This document shows positions 13,932 to 27,638 of a stretch of DNA of 64,000 bases, in pieces. The translations under genes and the position numbers were made by a program. Origin of the DNA: Escherichia coli (GTDB taxonomy: Bacteria > Pseudomonadota > Gammaproteobacteria > Enterobacterales > Enterobacteriaceae); assembly GCF_003018255.1 (NCBI RefSeq), contig NZ_CP027440.1, one strand, 5' to 3'. Positions within the stretch are counted from its first letter, which is position 1. Each line of letters starts with the position of its first letter. The notes beneath the pieces were generated by a model. The model was given only the letters and a program-made list of their open reading frames with translations. It was not told the DNA's origin and ran no database searches.

Positions 13932-15434
13932 ATGCCTCACACGATAAAAAAGATGAGTCTGATAGGACTCATATTGATGATCTTTACTTCCGTATTTGGA
14001 TTTGCCAATAGCCCATCGGCTTATTACTTAATGGGTTATAGTGCGATTCCCTTTTATATATTTTCTGCATTGTTATTCTTTATTCCATTCGCCTTAATGA
14101 TGGCTGAAATGGGAGCTGCTTATCGCAAAGAAGAAGGCGGTATCTATTCCTGGATGAATAATAGTGTCGGACCACGTTTTGCCTTCATTGGTACGTTTAT
14201 GTGGTTTTCCTCTTATATCATCTGGATGGTGAGTACCTCCGCGAAAGTTTGGGTACCGTTCTCAACATTCCTCTATGGTAGCGACATGACCCAGCACTGG
14301 CGTATTGCCGGACTGGAGCCTACGCAGGTGGTTGGTCTGCTGGCAGTGGCATGGATGATTCTGGTCACCGTCGTTGCTTCAAAAGGGATTAATAAAATTG
14401 CCCGCATTACTGCGGTGGGCGGTATTGCAGTAATGTGTCTGAATTTAGTATTGCTGTTAGTAAGCATTACTATTTTGTTATTAAATGGTGGGCATTTCGC
14501 GCAGGATATTAATTTCCTTGCATCACCGAACCCAGGTTATCAGTCCGGTCTGGCAATGCTATCGTTTGTGGTATTTGCTATTTTTGCCTATGGTGGAATT
14601 GAAGCGGTTGGTGGTCTGGTCGATAAAACGGAAAATCCAGAAAAGAACTTTGCCAAAGGTATTGTTTTTGCCGCTATTGTTATTTCAATCGGTTATTCGC
14701 TGGCAATATTTTTATGGGGCGTCAGCACAAACTGGCAGCAGGTATTAAGTAATGGTTCCGTTAACCTCGGCAATATTACCTATGTGCTGATGAAGAGCCT
14801 CGGGGTGACGCTGGGTAACGCACTGCATTTGTCACCTGAAGCGTCATTGTCGCTGGGCGTATGGTTTGCGCGTATTACCGGACTTTCGATGTTCCTCGCT
14901 TATACCGGTGCGTTCTTTACGCTTTGCTATTCACCGCTGAAAGCCATCATCCAGGGGACGCCGAAAGCGTTGTGGCCGGAACCGATGACGCGCCTGAATG
15001 CGATGGGGATGCCGTCTATCGCCATGTGGATGCAGTGCGGGTTGGTTACTGTCTTCATCCTGCTGGTTTCGTTTGGTGGCGGTACCGCATCGGCGTTCTT
15101 TAACAAGCTGACGCTGATGGCGAACGTGTCTATGACGCTTCCTTACCTGTTCCTCGCGCTGGCTTTCCCATTCTTTAAAGCACGTCAGGATCTCGACAGA
15201 CCGTTTGTGATTTTCAAAACGCATATGTCGGCAATGATTGCAACAGTGGTTGTCGTACTGGTGGTGACATTTGCGAACGTCTTCACCATCATTCAACCTG
15301 TGGTTGAAGCTGGAGACTGGGACAGCACATTGTGGATGATTGGCGGCCCTGTCTTCTTCTCGCTGTTAGCGATGGCGATTTACCAGAACTATTGCAGTCG
15401 CATGGCGAACAAACCTGAGTTAGCTCTCGACTGA
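13932..15434 (+). CDS. yjeM: APC-family amino-acid transporter YjeM
   Basis: ORF track frame; start at ATG 13932 (MPHTIKKMSLIGLILM), 500 aa, polytopic membrane protein. Confidence 0.88.
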   Translation: MPHTIKKMSLIGLILMIFTSVFGFANSPSAYYLMGYSAIPFYIFSALLFFIPFALMMAEMGAAYRKEEGGIYSWMNNSVGPRFAFIGTFMWFSSYIIWMVSTSAKVWVPFSTFLYGSDMTQHWRIAGLEPTQVVGLLAVAWMILVTVVASKGINKIARITAVGGIAVMCLNLVLLLVSITILLLNGGHFAQDINFLASPNPGYQSGLAMLSFVVFAIFAYGGIEAVGGLVDKTENPEKNFAKGIVFAAIVISIGYSLAIFLWGVSTNWQQVLSNGSVNLGNITYVLMKSLGVTLGNALHLSPEASLSLGVWFARITGLSMFLAYTGAFFTLCYSPLKAIIQGTPKALWPEPMTRLNAMGMPSIAMWMQCGLVTVFILLVSFGGGTASAFFNKLTLMANVSMTLPYLFLALAFPFFKARQDLDRPFVIFKTHMSAMIATVVVVLVVTFANVFTIIQPVVEAGDWDSTLWMIGGPVFFSLLAMAIYQNYCSRMANKPELALD

Positions 15435-15496
15435 TCATATGAAATCCTGCAACTCATCGTCTCTCCGGCGATGAGTTGTCTGGAAAGGAAGACGTT

Positions 15497-15811
15497 ATGG
15501 ACGACGCTAGTCGGGATCCAGTGATAACCGAAGATGAAATCAGGGAGCTGCAATTTTCTGCCGGGGATGTGGCGGAAATAGAGCAAACGGTCCTCTCTTT
15601 TGTCGATACCCGCCACACCCGCAAAGTAGCGATGGTGGTGGGTAACACTATTAATACCCTCAAAGAGCGCGATGGTCCGCGGTGGGGAAACCTGCCGGAT
15701 ATCTATTGCGCTTATCTTATTAGATGTCTGGTTTTTCGCGGAGAATTAGTGGGATACGGCGATTTGTTTCGTATGCGCTATAGCGAAATTAAGCGACCGA
15801 TTATCTCATGA
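15497..15811 (+). CDS. yjeN: Uncharacterised small protein YjeN
   Basis: ORF track frame; start at ATG 15497 with RBS aggaag, 104 aa. Confidence 0.8.
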   Translation: MDDASRDPVITEDEIRELQFSAGDVAEIEQTVLSFVDTRHTRKVAMVVGNTINTLKERDGPRWGNLPDIYCAYLIRCLVFRGELVGYGDLFRMRYSEIKRPIIS

Positions 15812-16122
15812 GTGCGCGCATGTTTATCTTGTGCTGCATCTGGTTTATTGTGGCGTTCCTCTGGATAACCATCACTTCCGCGCTGGACAAAGAGTGGATG
15901 ATTGATGGACGCGGGATTAATAACGTCTGCGATGTGCTGATGTATCTCGAAGATGACGATACCCGTGATGTCGGTGTGATAATGACGTTACCGCTCTTTT
16001 TCCCTTTTCTCTGGTTCGCTTTGTGGCGAAAAAAACGCGGCTGGTTTATGTACGCCACCGCGCTGGCTATTTTCGGCTATTGGCTGTGGCAGTTTTTTCT
16101 GCGCTATCAGTTTTGCTTATAA
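15808..16122 (+). CDS. yjeO: Uncharacterised inner-membrane protein YjeO
   Basis: ORF track 104 aa; start overlaps yjeN stop (ATGA). Confidence 0.8.
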   Translation: MSARMFILCCIWFIVAFLWITITSALDKEWMIDGRGINNVCDVLMYLEDDDTRDVGVIMTLPLFFPFLWFALWRKKRGWFMYATALAIFGYWLWQFFLRYQFCL

Positions 16123-16142
16123 GCCGGATGGGTTCATCCGGC
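16123..16142. terminator. Palindromic hairpin between convergent yjeO and mscM
   Basis: gccggatg-ggtt-catccggc perfect 8-bp stem in the 30-nt convergent gap. Confidence 0.5.
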
Positions 16143-16152
16143 CACAAAGACC

Positions 16153-19100
16153 TTACAAACTTCCCGCCTGACGACCTTTGCCCGCAGAAGTTAATGTTCT
16201 CCCCGTTTGCTTACCATTCAGGCTTTCCAAACGCATCTGGAAGGGCGGGAATGGCATATCAATACCGTGGGCATGGAATCCTGCCAGAATTAGCTGGTGA
16301 ATCTCATGGCGTAGTGGCATACGGTGACCCATCTCAGCGGCGTAAATACGCAGCTCGAAAATTTGAATCCCCTGTTGCAGATCCACCAGGAAGACTTCCG
16401 GTGCTGGGTTATCGATTACCAGCGAGCAGCGACGCGCTGCGGTGAGCAGGATTTCCGTCACTTCTTCACTGTTGGCATCGGCAGGGGCCGGAATCGTCAA
16501 CACCACGCGCGTGACCGAGTCAGAGAGCGACCAGTTGATAAACTGCTCGGTAATAAACGCCTTGTTCGGCACGATAATTTCTTTGCGGTCCCAGTCGCTG
16601 ATGGTGGTGGCGCGGGTGTTAATTTTCGTCACACTACCGGTAAGATCGCGGATCGTTACCGTATCGCCAATGCGAATCGGTTTTTCGAACAGGATAATCA
16701 GGCCAGAGATAAAGTTGGCGAAAATTTCCTGCAAACCAAAACCGAGACCAACACCGAGCGCGGCGACCAGCCACTGCAATTTCGACCACTCAATACCAAT
16801 CATCGAGAAGCCGACCAGCCCGCCAATCAGCATCAGCAGATATTTGGTGATGGTGGTGATGGCGTAGCCCGTACCCGGCGTTAAATCCAGGTGCTGCAGA
16901 ATCGCCAGTTCCAGCAGCGCGGGCAGGTTGCGCACCAGCTGCGTGGTGATGATAAACACCAGAATGGCAATCAGCACCGCACCGAGGGTAATCGGCTCCA
17001 GGCTTTCTACGCCCTGTACCGTGGAAGTGACATCCCACAGCGAAATATTTTCGAGGAAGCCGAAAGCGGAATGGATTTCTGACCACAGCACAATGACCGA
17101 AAGCAGGGCGATCAACATCAAAATTGAGCGCACCAGCCGCAAGGATTGCGCACTGATGGCATCGAGATCGACTTCGCTTTCATCGACTTCAATTGCTCCT
17201 TCCGGGCTACTGTGATGATGCGCTTCCTCTTCGCCACGCGCACGCTGCGCTAACATCTCTGCCCGGCGATGCTTCGCCCGGTCAAACGCCAGCCTGCGGC
17301 GCTGGATCAGCATCCAGCGGCGGATAACGTGATAAACCACCAGTAGCAGGAACCAGATGGCAACCGAGGTTTCAAGCCTCGCTAACAGCGCCTGCGCCGT
17401 TGCCAGATAACCCACCGCCGACGCCAGAATGGCAACCAGCGGTGCGCCAATCATCATGTTCCACAGCATATGGTTGGTAATGTTGTCGCCGCTGCCTTCT
17501 TTGTTGAGATACAGCGGGATCCCGGCCTTTTTCAGACTGAGAGTGACCACCGCCAGCGCACCGCAAATGAGGATAAAGCAAAGCCGTCCCAGCGAACCGG
17601 AGAATTCACGGTCGTCGAGGTTATCGAACATCATCAGCGCCATAATCAGCGGCACAATAAGCCCGATGCTCATCAGGTAGTAGCGCATCCCACGGGAAAC
17701 CCGTTCGCGCGGCCAGCCAAAATGAGCGATAAACAAGCCGTTCGGGCGGGCAAAGGTGGCGCAAATCATCACTACCCACAGCAGCGGCACGGTGGCTGTT
17801 ACGCCATCACCAATCGCGACCGCCAGCGGATAAGGCCACGCCTCGCGCAAGCCGTAACCCAGCGTCATCCACAGCACAGGCAGCGGTGACGCGACGAGAA
17901 TCGACCAGAAAAGAGTGCGTAACGTCAGCCAGAAGTGATCCTGAGTCACTTTGCCGACTTTCGCCGCCGAACGTTCAAGAAAACGGGTGAAATAGCGGCG
18001 CGAGTAAATACTGCAACCGACCAGAATCAACGCGCCAAACAGCGGCAAAATCGTCTCTTTACTGGTCAGCATCATTACACTGGCTTTGCCCAACTGACTG
18101 AAGGTGTCCAGCGAAATGAGACGACGCAGATCCTGGGCGATTTCCAGCGGCCAGGCGATGGTCATCGGGCGCACGTCAGAGGTCCAGAACAGATAGCGGT
18201 GCGTCGCTTCATTCACCTCTTTCAGCGCATCCTCCAGTTGCCCGTTGGAGACTTTCAGCTTGGTCAGTTCCAGTAGTAGCGTGTCTCCACCCTGCAACAA
18301 TGAGTTCAGCAACTCACGCTGAGTGCGTAGCTGTGCTTCCAGAATACGGTTTTGCTCGGCGGTCAGCGGCTGACCGTCGGCCTGATGGATTTGCCGTAGC
18401 AGCGGCTGTTTATTTAGCAGATCCTCATAACGTAACCGTTGCACACGCAACTGCGCCATTTCGGTATCAAGCTGTTGTGGTTTTGGCATTTCCGGTAGCC
18501 GTGCCACCTGCGCCCGCAACGCTTCGCCGAGCAGGTTGGACGAGCCCAGCCATTGCGACTGTTCACGCAGCGTATTCAACGCCTGCCGGACCTGTAACGT
18601 CTGGCTGGCAGCCTGACGCTGTTGCGAGGCAACGAGATCCATCCGCTGCGCCTGTTGATTCAGCGCTGCCGATAGTTCGCGGTTAATTTTGAATTGCGCG
18701 ACGATATCTTTCGGCAAATCGGCACTGTTTTCTGCCAGTAATTCGGTACTTTCCAGCGCCCGCTCCGCCTCAAGCTGACGTTGGCTGTTCAACTGATTAC
18801 GTAAGGCCTGCAAATACGCATCCAGTTGCTGGCTCTCTTTTTCCGCCAGCTCTGAGCGTAAGCGCGCTAATTCCTGACGGTTATTGGCAGACAGCTGCGC
18901 CAGTTCCAGTTCATCGACGAGCGCTTTCAGGCGTGCGGAGTCAGACTGCAACGCGAAATTTTGTGCCTGATTGAGCGGGGAATTGCCGGTAAGCGTCCCC
19001 AGGCGGCGCTCGATTTCATTTAACTGACGGCGGGCATCGGTTTGCTGTTGCGGCAGTTGATTCAGCGAATCGGCAATCTCGCGGGCGCGTTCCTGCTCTT

Positions 19101-19476
19101 GCTGGGCCTGACGGCTTTTATCCAGCAACTGGCTGCTGACCTGGAGAATTTCCTGATTCAGCGCGTCGGTAGACATTCCCGGTGACACGCTGCGCGGTTC
19201 GTCACGCATGTTGTTTAATTGTGCGCGCAGAGTAGCGGAAAGTTTCGGGTAATTATCAATGACTTCTTGATATTGCTTGATGCGCTCAAGGGAACCTTTT
19301 CGTTCCTCAAGCGCATTTAAGGCGGACTGGAGCGCCTCTACGACTTCCGGCTGCGCGGGTTTCGCCGCTTTTGCCTGCTCCAGTTCTTGTGAGATTTGTT
19401 TGCTATCGGGGGCCGTCGCGGCGTACGCCCCCCAACTGAGGCACCAGGCCATCAGAAAAGTGATAATCAGGCGCAC
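16153..19476 (-). CDS. mscM: Miniconductance mechanosensitive channel MscM (YjeP)
   Basis: ORF track 1107 aa; signal peptide, long coiled-coil periplasmic region, C-terminal MscS-like channel domain. Confidence 0.93.
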   Translation of the reverse strand: MRLIITFLMAWCLSWGAYAATAPDSKQISQELEQAKAAKPAQPEVVEALQSALNALEERKGSLERIKQYQEVIDNYPKLSATLRAQLNNMRDEPRSVSPGMSTDALNQEILQVSSQLLDKSRQAQQEQERAREIADSLNQLPQQQTDARRQLNEIERRLGTLTGNSPLNQAQNFALQSDSARLKALVDELELAQLSANNRQELARLRSELAEKESQQLDAYLQALRNQLNSQRQLEAERALESTELLAENSADLPKDIVAQFKINRELSAALNQQAQRMDLVASQQRQAASQTLQVRQALNTLREQSQWLGSSNLLGEALRAQVARLPEMPKPQQLDTEMAQLRVQRLRYEDLLNKQPLLRQIHQADGQPLTAEQNRILEAQLRTQRELLNSLLQGGDTLLLELTKLKVSNGQLEDALKEVNEATHRYLFWTSDVRPMTIAWPLEIAQDLRRLISLDTFSQLGKASVMMLTSKETILPLFGALILVGCSIYSRRYFTRFLERSAAKVGKVTQDHFWLTLRTLFWSILVASPLPVLWMTLGYGLREAWPYPLAVAIGDGVTATVPLLWVVMICATFARPNGLFIAHFGWPRERVSRGMRYYLMSIGLIVPLIMALMMFDNLDDREFSGSLGRLCFILICGALAVVTLSLKKAGIPLYLNKEGSGDNITNHMLWNMMIGAPLVAILASAVGYLATAQALLARLETSVAIWFLLLVVYHVIRRWMLIQRRRLAFDRAKHRRAEMLAQRARGEEEAHHHSSPEGAIEVDESEVDLDAISAQSLRLVRSILMLIALLSVIVLWSEIHSAFGFLENISLWDVTSTVQGVESLEPITLGAVLIAILVFIITTQLVRNLPALLELAILQHLDLTPGTGYAITTITKYLLMLIGGLVGFSMIGIEWSKLQWLVAALGVGLGFGLQEIFANFISGLIILFEKPIRIGDTVTIRDLTGSVTKINTRATTISDWDRKEIIVPNKAFITEQFINWSLSDSVTRVVLTIPAPADANSEEVTEILLTAARRCSLVIDNPAPEVFLVDLQQGIQIFELRIYAAEMGHRMPLRHEIHQLILAGFHAHGIDMPFPPFQMRLESLNGKQTGRTLTSAGKGRQAGSL

Positions 19477-19497
19477 GTCAGCGTTTCCTTTGATGGA

Positions 19498-20466
19498 TTA
19501 GACCTGGTCTTTGTTGTCGTCAACCAATGGGTTGGCGTCGTGTTCTGCTTCGATCTCTTCAGCAGGAAGCGGGGCCGGTTCAGCGTCTGGTGTAACAAAG
19601 GTTTCGGTAGATACTGCCAGCGGCTGGCCAATTTTCGTGACAGACAGGCTTTCCAGTTGCTCAACCAGATTCACTTTACCCGGTGCAAACAGGTTGATAA
19701 CGGTGGAACCGAGTTTAAAGCGACCCATTTCCTGGCCTTTCAGCAGTGCCACAGAACCGTCGTTTTCCCCGGCAGGCCAGGTCCAGCGCTTGATGATACC
19801 TTCGCGCGGCGGCGTAATGGTGCCCGCCCAGACCGTCTCAATGCTGCCTACAATCGTCGCCCCGACCAGAATCTGCGCCATTGGGCCAAATTCGGTATCG
19901 AACAGGCAGATCACGCGTTCGTTACGGGCAAACAGATTCGGCACGTTCTGAGCGGTGAGATGGTTAACGGAAAAGAGATCGCCCGGCACGTAGATCATCT
20001 CACGCAGAATACCGTTGCACGGCATGTGTACGCGGTGGTAGTCACGTGGGGAGAGGTAAGTGGTCACAAACGTACCGTTGCGGAACAGGTCCGCCATCAG
20101 ATAGTTGCCAGCCAGCAGGGCTTCGAGGCTGTAGTTGTGGCCTTTGGCTTGCAGGATTTTATCTTCTTCGATTTTACCCAACTGGCTGATAACGCCATCG
20201 GCAGGCATAACCAGTACATTCGGATCGGTATCGATTGGGCGTACTTCGTCACGCAGCGGACGGACAAAGAATTCGTTAAAGGTGCGGTAGCTGGCGGTGT
20301 CCGGCTTTTGCGCCTCTTTCATATCGACCTTGTAGTATTTAACGAACAGATCGATAACCAGTTTTGTCAGCCATCCTGCCCGCTTGCTTGCGCCCCAACC
20401 CGCCAGGCGAGTAAGCCATAGTTTCGGCAGAATGTACTGTAGCGAAAGTTTAAATGAATTTAACAA
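19498..20466 (-). CDS. psd: Phosphatidylserine decarboxylase proenzyme
   Basis: ORF track 322 aa; [24 protein letters not shown]... recognised as Psd. Confidence 0.96.
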   Translation of the reverse strand: MLNSFKLSLQYILPKLWLTRLAGWGASKRAGWLTKLVIDLFVKYYKVDMKEAQKPDTASYRTFNEFFVRPLRDEVRPIDTDPNVLVMPADGVISQLGKIEEDKILQAKGHNYSLEALLAGNYLMADLFRNGTFVTTYLSPRDYHRVHMPCNGILREMIYVPGDLFSVNHLTAQNVPNLFARNERVICLFDTEFGPMAQILVGATIVGSIETVWAGTITPPREGIIKRWTWPAGENDGSVALLKGQEMGRFKLGSTVINLFAPGKVNLVEQLESLSVTKIGQPLAVSTETFVTPDAEPAPLPAEEIEAEHDANPLVDDNKDQV

Positions 20467-20498
20467 GGTAGCCTCCAGGCCATTGTTTTGTCGTTCCT

Positions 20499-20520
20499 GA
20501 TCCGGCCTACATGCCGGATC
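20499..20520. repeat. REP-like palindromic unit between rsgA and psd
   Basis: gatccggc-ctacat-gccggatc inverted repeat resembling REP core. Confidence 0.4.
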
Positions 20521-20562
20521 CTGAAAAAAAGGGGACGATTCTAACGACGGTTAGCTTAATTG

Positions 20563-21615
20563 TCAGTCATCCGTATCAGAAAAGTTTTTACGCGTTTTTA
20601 CCTGCGCCATGCTTTCCAGAATACGGTGATAGTTTTCGAAACGGGTTTCCGCGATTTTTCCTTCCTCAACCGCTTCCCGGATAGCGCAGCCCGGATCGGT
20701 ATCGTGTTTGCAATCGCGATATTTACACAGACCTAAGTAGTCATGGAATTCGACAAAGCCCTGAGTGATTTGTTCCGGCTCCAGGTGCCAGAGGCCGAAC
20801 TCACGCACTCCTGGGGAGTCAATCACATCACCGCCGTGCGGGAAGTGATACAGCCGAGCGGCGGTCGTGGTGTGCTGACCGAGACCCGAGTTGTCAGAGA
20901 CATCGTTGGTCAGGATCTCTTTTTGCAGACCCAGCAATGCGTTCAGCAGGCTGGATTTGCCAACGCCAGACTGCCCGGCAAAAATGCTGATGCGCCCGGT
21001 CAACGCCTCTTCCAGCGGTTTCAGCCCATCCTGAGTATGACTGGAAACCATCAATACGCGATAACCGATATTGCGGTAGATATCCATCTGCTCGTTGACG
21101 AATGCCATGCCTTCGTCGTCCAGCAGGTCTATCTTGTTGAGCACAATAATCGGCTCAATCTGCAAGGTTTCGCAGGCCACCAGGTAACGGTCGATAATAT
21201 TGAGCGACAGCTCCGGCAAAATGGCGGAGACAATGACAATCTGGTCGATGTTGGCAGCAATAGGTTTCACACCGTCGTAAAAATCCGGGCGCGTCAACAC
21301 TGAGGTGCGCTCATGCACCGCTTCCACGATCCCTTTGACATTTACGCCTTCCGCCGCTGGTTTACCCGGACGCCAGACTACGCGGTCGCCGGTCACCAAC
21401 GAACGGATGGTACGGCGAATATTGCAGCGGTGAACGTCGCCATCGGCGGATTCCACATCAGCGTGCATACCAAAGCGGCTGATGACGATACCTTCATCAG
21501 GCTCGCCAAACAGATTGTCGTCGTAGTCGGGCTTCTCCTTAGACGTTTTAAGACGACGCTGGTGATTGGCGTTCACGCGGCGCTGCTGGCCTTTGGAGAG
21601 TTTATTTTTACTCAA
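20563..21615 (-). CDS. rsgA: Ribosome small-subunit biogenesis GTPase RsgA (YjeQ)
   Basis: ORF track frame; start taken at TTG (revcomp 21613..21615) giving [13 protein letters not shown], 350 aa; GTPase motifs. Confidence 0.9.
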
Positions 21616-21709
21616 TCGTACAGACTCCTGGTCGCCCCTGATGGGCAAAACATCTATGATACACGCAATTGTGGATCAATATAGTCACTGTGAATGGGTG
21701 GAAAATAGC

Positions 21710-22255
21710 ATGAGTGCCAATGAAAACAACCTGATTTGGATCGATCTTGAGATGACCGGTCTGGATCCCGAGCGCGATCGCATTATTGAGATTGCCACGC
21801 TGGTGACCGATGCCAACCTGAATATTCTGGCAGAAGGGCCGACCATTGCAGTACACCAGTCTGATGAACAGCTGGCGCTGATGGATGACTGGAACGTGCG
21901 CACCCATACCGCCAGCGGGCTGGTGGAGCGCGTGAAAGCGAGCACGATGGGCGATCGTGAAGCTGAACTGGCAACGCTCGAATTCTTAAAACAGTGGGTG
22001 CCTGCGGGAAAATCGCCGATTTGCGGTAACAGCATCGGCCAGGATCGTCGCTTCCTGTTTAAATATATGCCGGAGCTGGAAGCCTACTTCCACTACCGTT
22101 ATCTCGATGTCAGCACCCTGAAAGAGCTGGCGCGCCGCTGGAAGCCGGAAATTCTTGATGGTTTTACCAAGCAGGGGACGCATCAGGCGATGGATGATAT
22201 CCGTGAGTCGGTGGCAGAACTGGCTTACTACCGCGAGCATTTTATCAAGCTGTAA
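21710..22255 (+). CDS. orn: Oligoribonuclease
   Basis: ORF track frame; start at internal ATG 21710 ([20 protein letters not shown]), 181 aa. Confidence 0.95.
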
Positions 22256-22465
22256 AATTTTTCCTGGTCACGTAAGCGCCGGAATCCACTTGCGGCGGCG
22301 TGATTTTGACGCTAAATTGAACGTCTTGCTGATAATTTCAGCACTTGAGATAAAAACTCAAAAAAAATTTTTTAGGGGGGTTGCAGAGGGAAAGATTTCT
22401 CGTATAATGCGCCTCCCGTAACGACGCAGAAATGCGAAAATTACGAAAGCAAAATTAAGTAGTAC

Positions 22466-22541
<76 letters not shown>

Positions 22542-22698
22542 AAATTTGAAAAGTGCTGCAAAGCACAGACCACCCAATCGCAGTATTTCGAATTGCGACA
22601 AGGCGGCAACTGAACGAATCCTTGGGAACTTACAAAAGTAAGTGACTAAGGTGAGTGAAGGCAGCCAAGGCAGTAGCGGTTCGAAAGACGAAGATTAA

Positions 22699-22774
<76 letters not shown>

Positions 22775-22809
22775 AAATTTGAAAGTGCTGTAAAGCACAG
22801 ACCACCCAA

Positions 22810-22885
<76 letters not shown>

Positions 22886-23154
22886 AATTCTTCTCTCAAT
22901 AAAATATCCACAGCGACGCGATGCGTTATTGCTGGTTTTTGTTGTCTCTGACAAACTCTTGTAAACAGAGTTATCCACAGCCTCAGGCCGTAATCTTAAT
23001 TTCAAAGAAACTTCGCACGGTGAATAGTATTTTTTTAACCTATTGATAGATAAGTTAAAAATTAAGATTTCGTTTTGTCGAGTCGATCACTTGACGATTT
23101 TATTCGTCTTGAATTGCAATGCGTTTTTATTTTTATTCACAAGCTGTGGATGAA

Positions 23155-24292
23155 TCAGGCGTCACGCGGTAACCCTTTTTCAATCACCCGAACCAGACGC
23201 TGTTTTTTGGGTAATTGCACTTCGACCACGCACGCATTTCGCCTCTCGATTTGCTGCGCAATCGCCCACGCTATGTGCTCATCAAGAAGTGGGTGCTCAC
23301 CTTTACGACTTTCCAGCGCTGTCAAAATCGTTTCATCCCAGGGGGCATTGCCTAATGCTACGGCGATATTACGCAGCCAACGCAGGTGACCTATACGGCG
23401 AATCGCCGAACCTTCCGTGACTTTTAAAAACTTCTCTTCACTCCAGGCGAATAACTCAATGAGTTCCGGTGCGTGTAGCGGCTTACGCGGGCTGAAATCG
23501 TCTTCTGTAGTGAGTTGCGAATAGCGATTCCACGGGCAGATAAGCTGGCAGTCATCGCAACCGTAAATACGGTTTCCCATTAACGGTCGCAACTCTTCCG
23601 GGATCGCCCCTTCCAGTTCGATGGTGAGATAAGAGATACAGCGGCGAGCATCGACGGTATATGGCTCGACGATGGCACCGGTCGGGCAAATCGTCATACA
23701 GGCCACGCATTTACCGCATCCTTCCTCGACTGGTTGATCCACGGGCAGCGGAATATCGACCAGCAATTCGCCTAAAAAGAAGAACGAACCGGCCTCGCGA
23801 TTGAGGATAAGTGAGTGCTTACCTGTCCAGCCAAGACCTGCTTTTTCAGCTAACGGGCGCTCGAGAATAGGCGCAGAATCGACAAACGGTCTAAAATTCA
23901 GCGAAACACAATGTTGCTGAATCATCTCGCCCAGCTTTTTGAGTCGGTTGCGCAGAAGCTTGTGATAGTCACGGCCCAGCGCATAACGGCTAACATAGCC
24001 GAGTTTGGGATTTTTCAGCGTGCTGGCAAATGCGGCGTTAGCAGGAAGGTAATTCATCCGAACGCTGATCACGCGCAGCGTACCGGGCAATAATTCGTGA
24101 GGACGAGCACGCAGCATACCGTGACGCGCCATCCAGTCCATTTCGCCGTGGTATTGTTTGTCCAGCCATGCTTGCAGTTTGGGCTCGGACGCGCTGAGAT
24201 CGGTATCGGTAATACCTACCTGCTGAAAGCCCAGTTCCAGCCCCCACTGTTTAATATTTTGCGCTAATTGATTGAGATCGAGGGGCTCTGAC

Positions 24293-24294
<2 letters not shown>
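23155..24294 (-). CDS. queG: Epoxyqueuosine reductase QueG
   Basis: ORF track frame; start at MSEPLDLNQLAQNIKQWG (ATG revcomp 24292..24294), 379 aa; ferredoxin-type Cys motifs. Confidence 0.9.
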
Positions 24295-26273
<1,979 letters not shown>

Positions 26274-26291
26274 CCTTTGAAAGGTGGCGGG

Positions 26292-27629
26292 ATGATGTAT
26301 CGCATCAGAAATTGGTTGGTAGCGACGTTGCTGCTGCTGTGCGCGCAGGTGGGTGCCGCGACGCTCTCTGATATTCAGGTTTCTAACGGTAATCAACAGG
26401 CGCGGATAACGTTGAGTTTTATTGGCGATCCTGATTATGCGTTTAGCCATCAAAGCAAACGCACCGTGGCGCTCGATATCAAACAAACGGGCGTGATTCA
26501 GGGACTGCCGTTGTTGTTCAGCGGCAATAATCTGGTGAAGGCGATTCGCTCTGGAACGCCTAAAGATGCACAAACGCTACGGCTGGTGGTCGATCTTACC
26601 GAAAATGGTAAAACCGAAGCGGTGAAGCGGCAGAATGGCAGCAATTACACTGTCGTCTTTACGATTAACGCCGATGTGCCGCCACCGCCTCCTCCGCCGC
26701 CTGTGGTTGCGAAACGCGTTGAAACGCCTGCGGTTGTCGCACCGCGCGTCAGCGAACCGGCGCGCAATCCGTTTAAAACGGAAAGTAACCGCACTACGGG
26801 TGTTATCAGCAGTAATACGGTAACGCGTCCGGCAGCGCGTGCGACGGCTAACACTGGCGATAAAATTATCATCGCTATTGATGCCGGACACGGCGGTCAG
26901 GATCCTGGCGCTATCGGCCCCGGTGGTACGCGGGAGAAAAATGTCACCATCGCCATCGCGCGTAAATTGCGTACTTTGCTCAATGACGATCCGATGTTTA
27001 AAGGCGTTTTAACCCGTGACGGGGATTACTTTATCTCGGTGATGGGGCGCAGCGATGTGGCACGTAAGCAAAACGCCAATTTCCTCGTGTCGATTCACGC
27101 TGATGCCGCACCGAACCGCAGTGCGACTGGCGCTTCCGTATGGGTGCTCTCTAACCGTCGCGCCAACAGCGAAATGGCCAGCTGGCTGGAGCAGCACGAG
27201 AAACAGTCGGAGCTACTGGGCGGAGCGGGCGATGTGCTGGCGAACAGTCAGTCTGACCCCTATTTAAGCCAGGCGGTGCTGGATTTACAGTTCGGTCATT
27301 CCCAGCGGGTAGGGTATGATGTAGCGACCAGTATGATCAGTCAGTTGCAACGCATTGGCGAAATACATAAACGCCGACCAGAACACGCGAGTCTCGGCGT
27401 TCTGCGTTCGCCGGATATTCCGTCAGTACTGGTCGAAACCGGTTTTATCAGTAACAACAGCGAAGAACGTTTGCTGGCGAGCGACGATTACCAACAACAG
27501 CTGGCAGAAGCCATTTACAAAGGCCTGCGCAATTACTTCCTTGCGCATCCGATGCAATCTGCGCCGCAGGGTGCAACGGCACAAACGGCCAGTACGGTGA
27601 CGACGCCAGATCGCACGCTGCCAAACTAA
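26292..27629 (+). CDS. amiB: N-acetylmuramoyl-L-alanine amidase AmiB
   Basis: ORF track frame; start at ATG 26292 ([22 protein letters not shown]), 445 aa; contains an 8-Pro linker. Confidence 0.93.
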   Translation: MMYRIRNWLVATLLLLCAQVGAATLSDIQVSNGNQQARITLSFIGDPDYAFSHQSKRTVALDIKQTGVIQGLPLLFSGNNLVKAIRSGTPKDAQTLRLVVDLTENGKTEAVKRQNGSNYTVVFTINADVPPPPPPPPVVAKRVETPAVVAPRVSEPARNPFKTESNRTTGVISSNTVTRPAARATANTGDKIIIAIDAGHGGQDPGAIGPGGTREKNVTIAIARKLRTLLNDDPMFKGVLTRDGDYFISVMGRSDVARKQNANFLVSIHADAAPNRSATGASVWVLSNRRANSEMASWLEQHEKQSELLGGAGDVLANSQSDPYLSQAVLDLQFGHSQRVGYDVATSMISQLQRIGEIHKRRPEHASLGVLRSPDIPSVLVETGFISNNSEERLLASDDYQQQLAEAIYKGLRNYFLAHPMQSAPQGATAQTASTVTTPDRTLPN

Positions 27630-27638
27630 GGACGATTG

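Noticed and set aside
19396-20421. 341-aa plus-strand ORF antisense to psd (and the 146-aa ORF at 19511..19951)
   Set aside because: Embedded in psd on the opposite strand; psd identity is unambiguous and the antisense translation has no recognisable domain.
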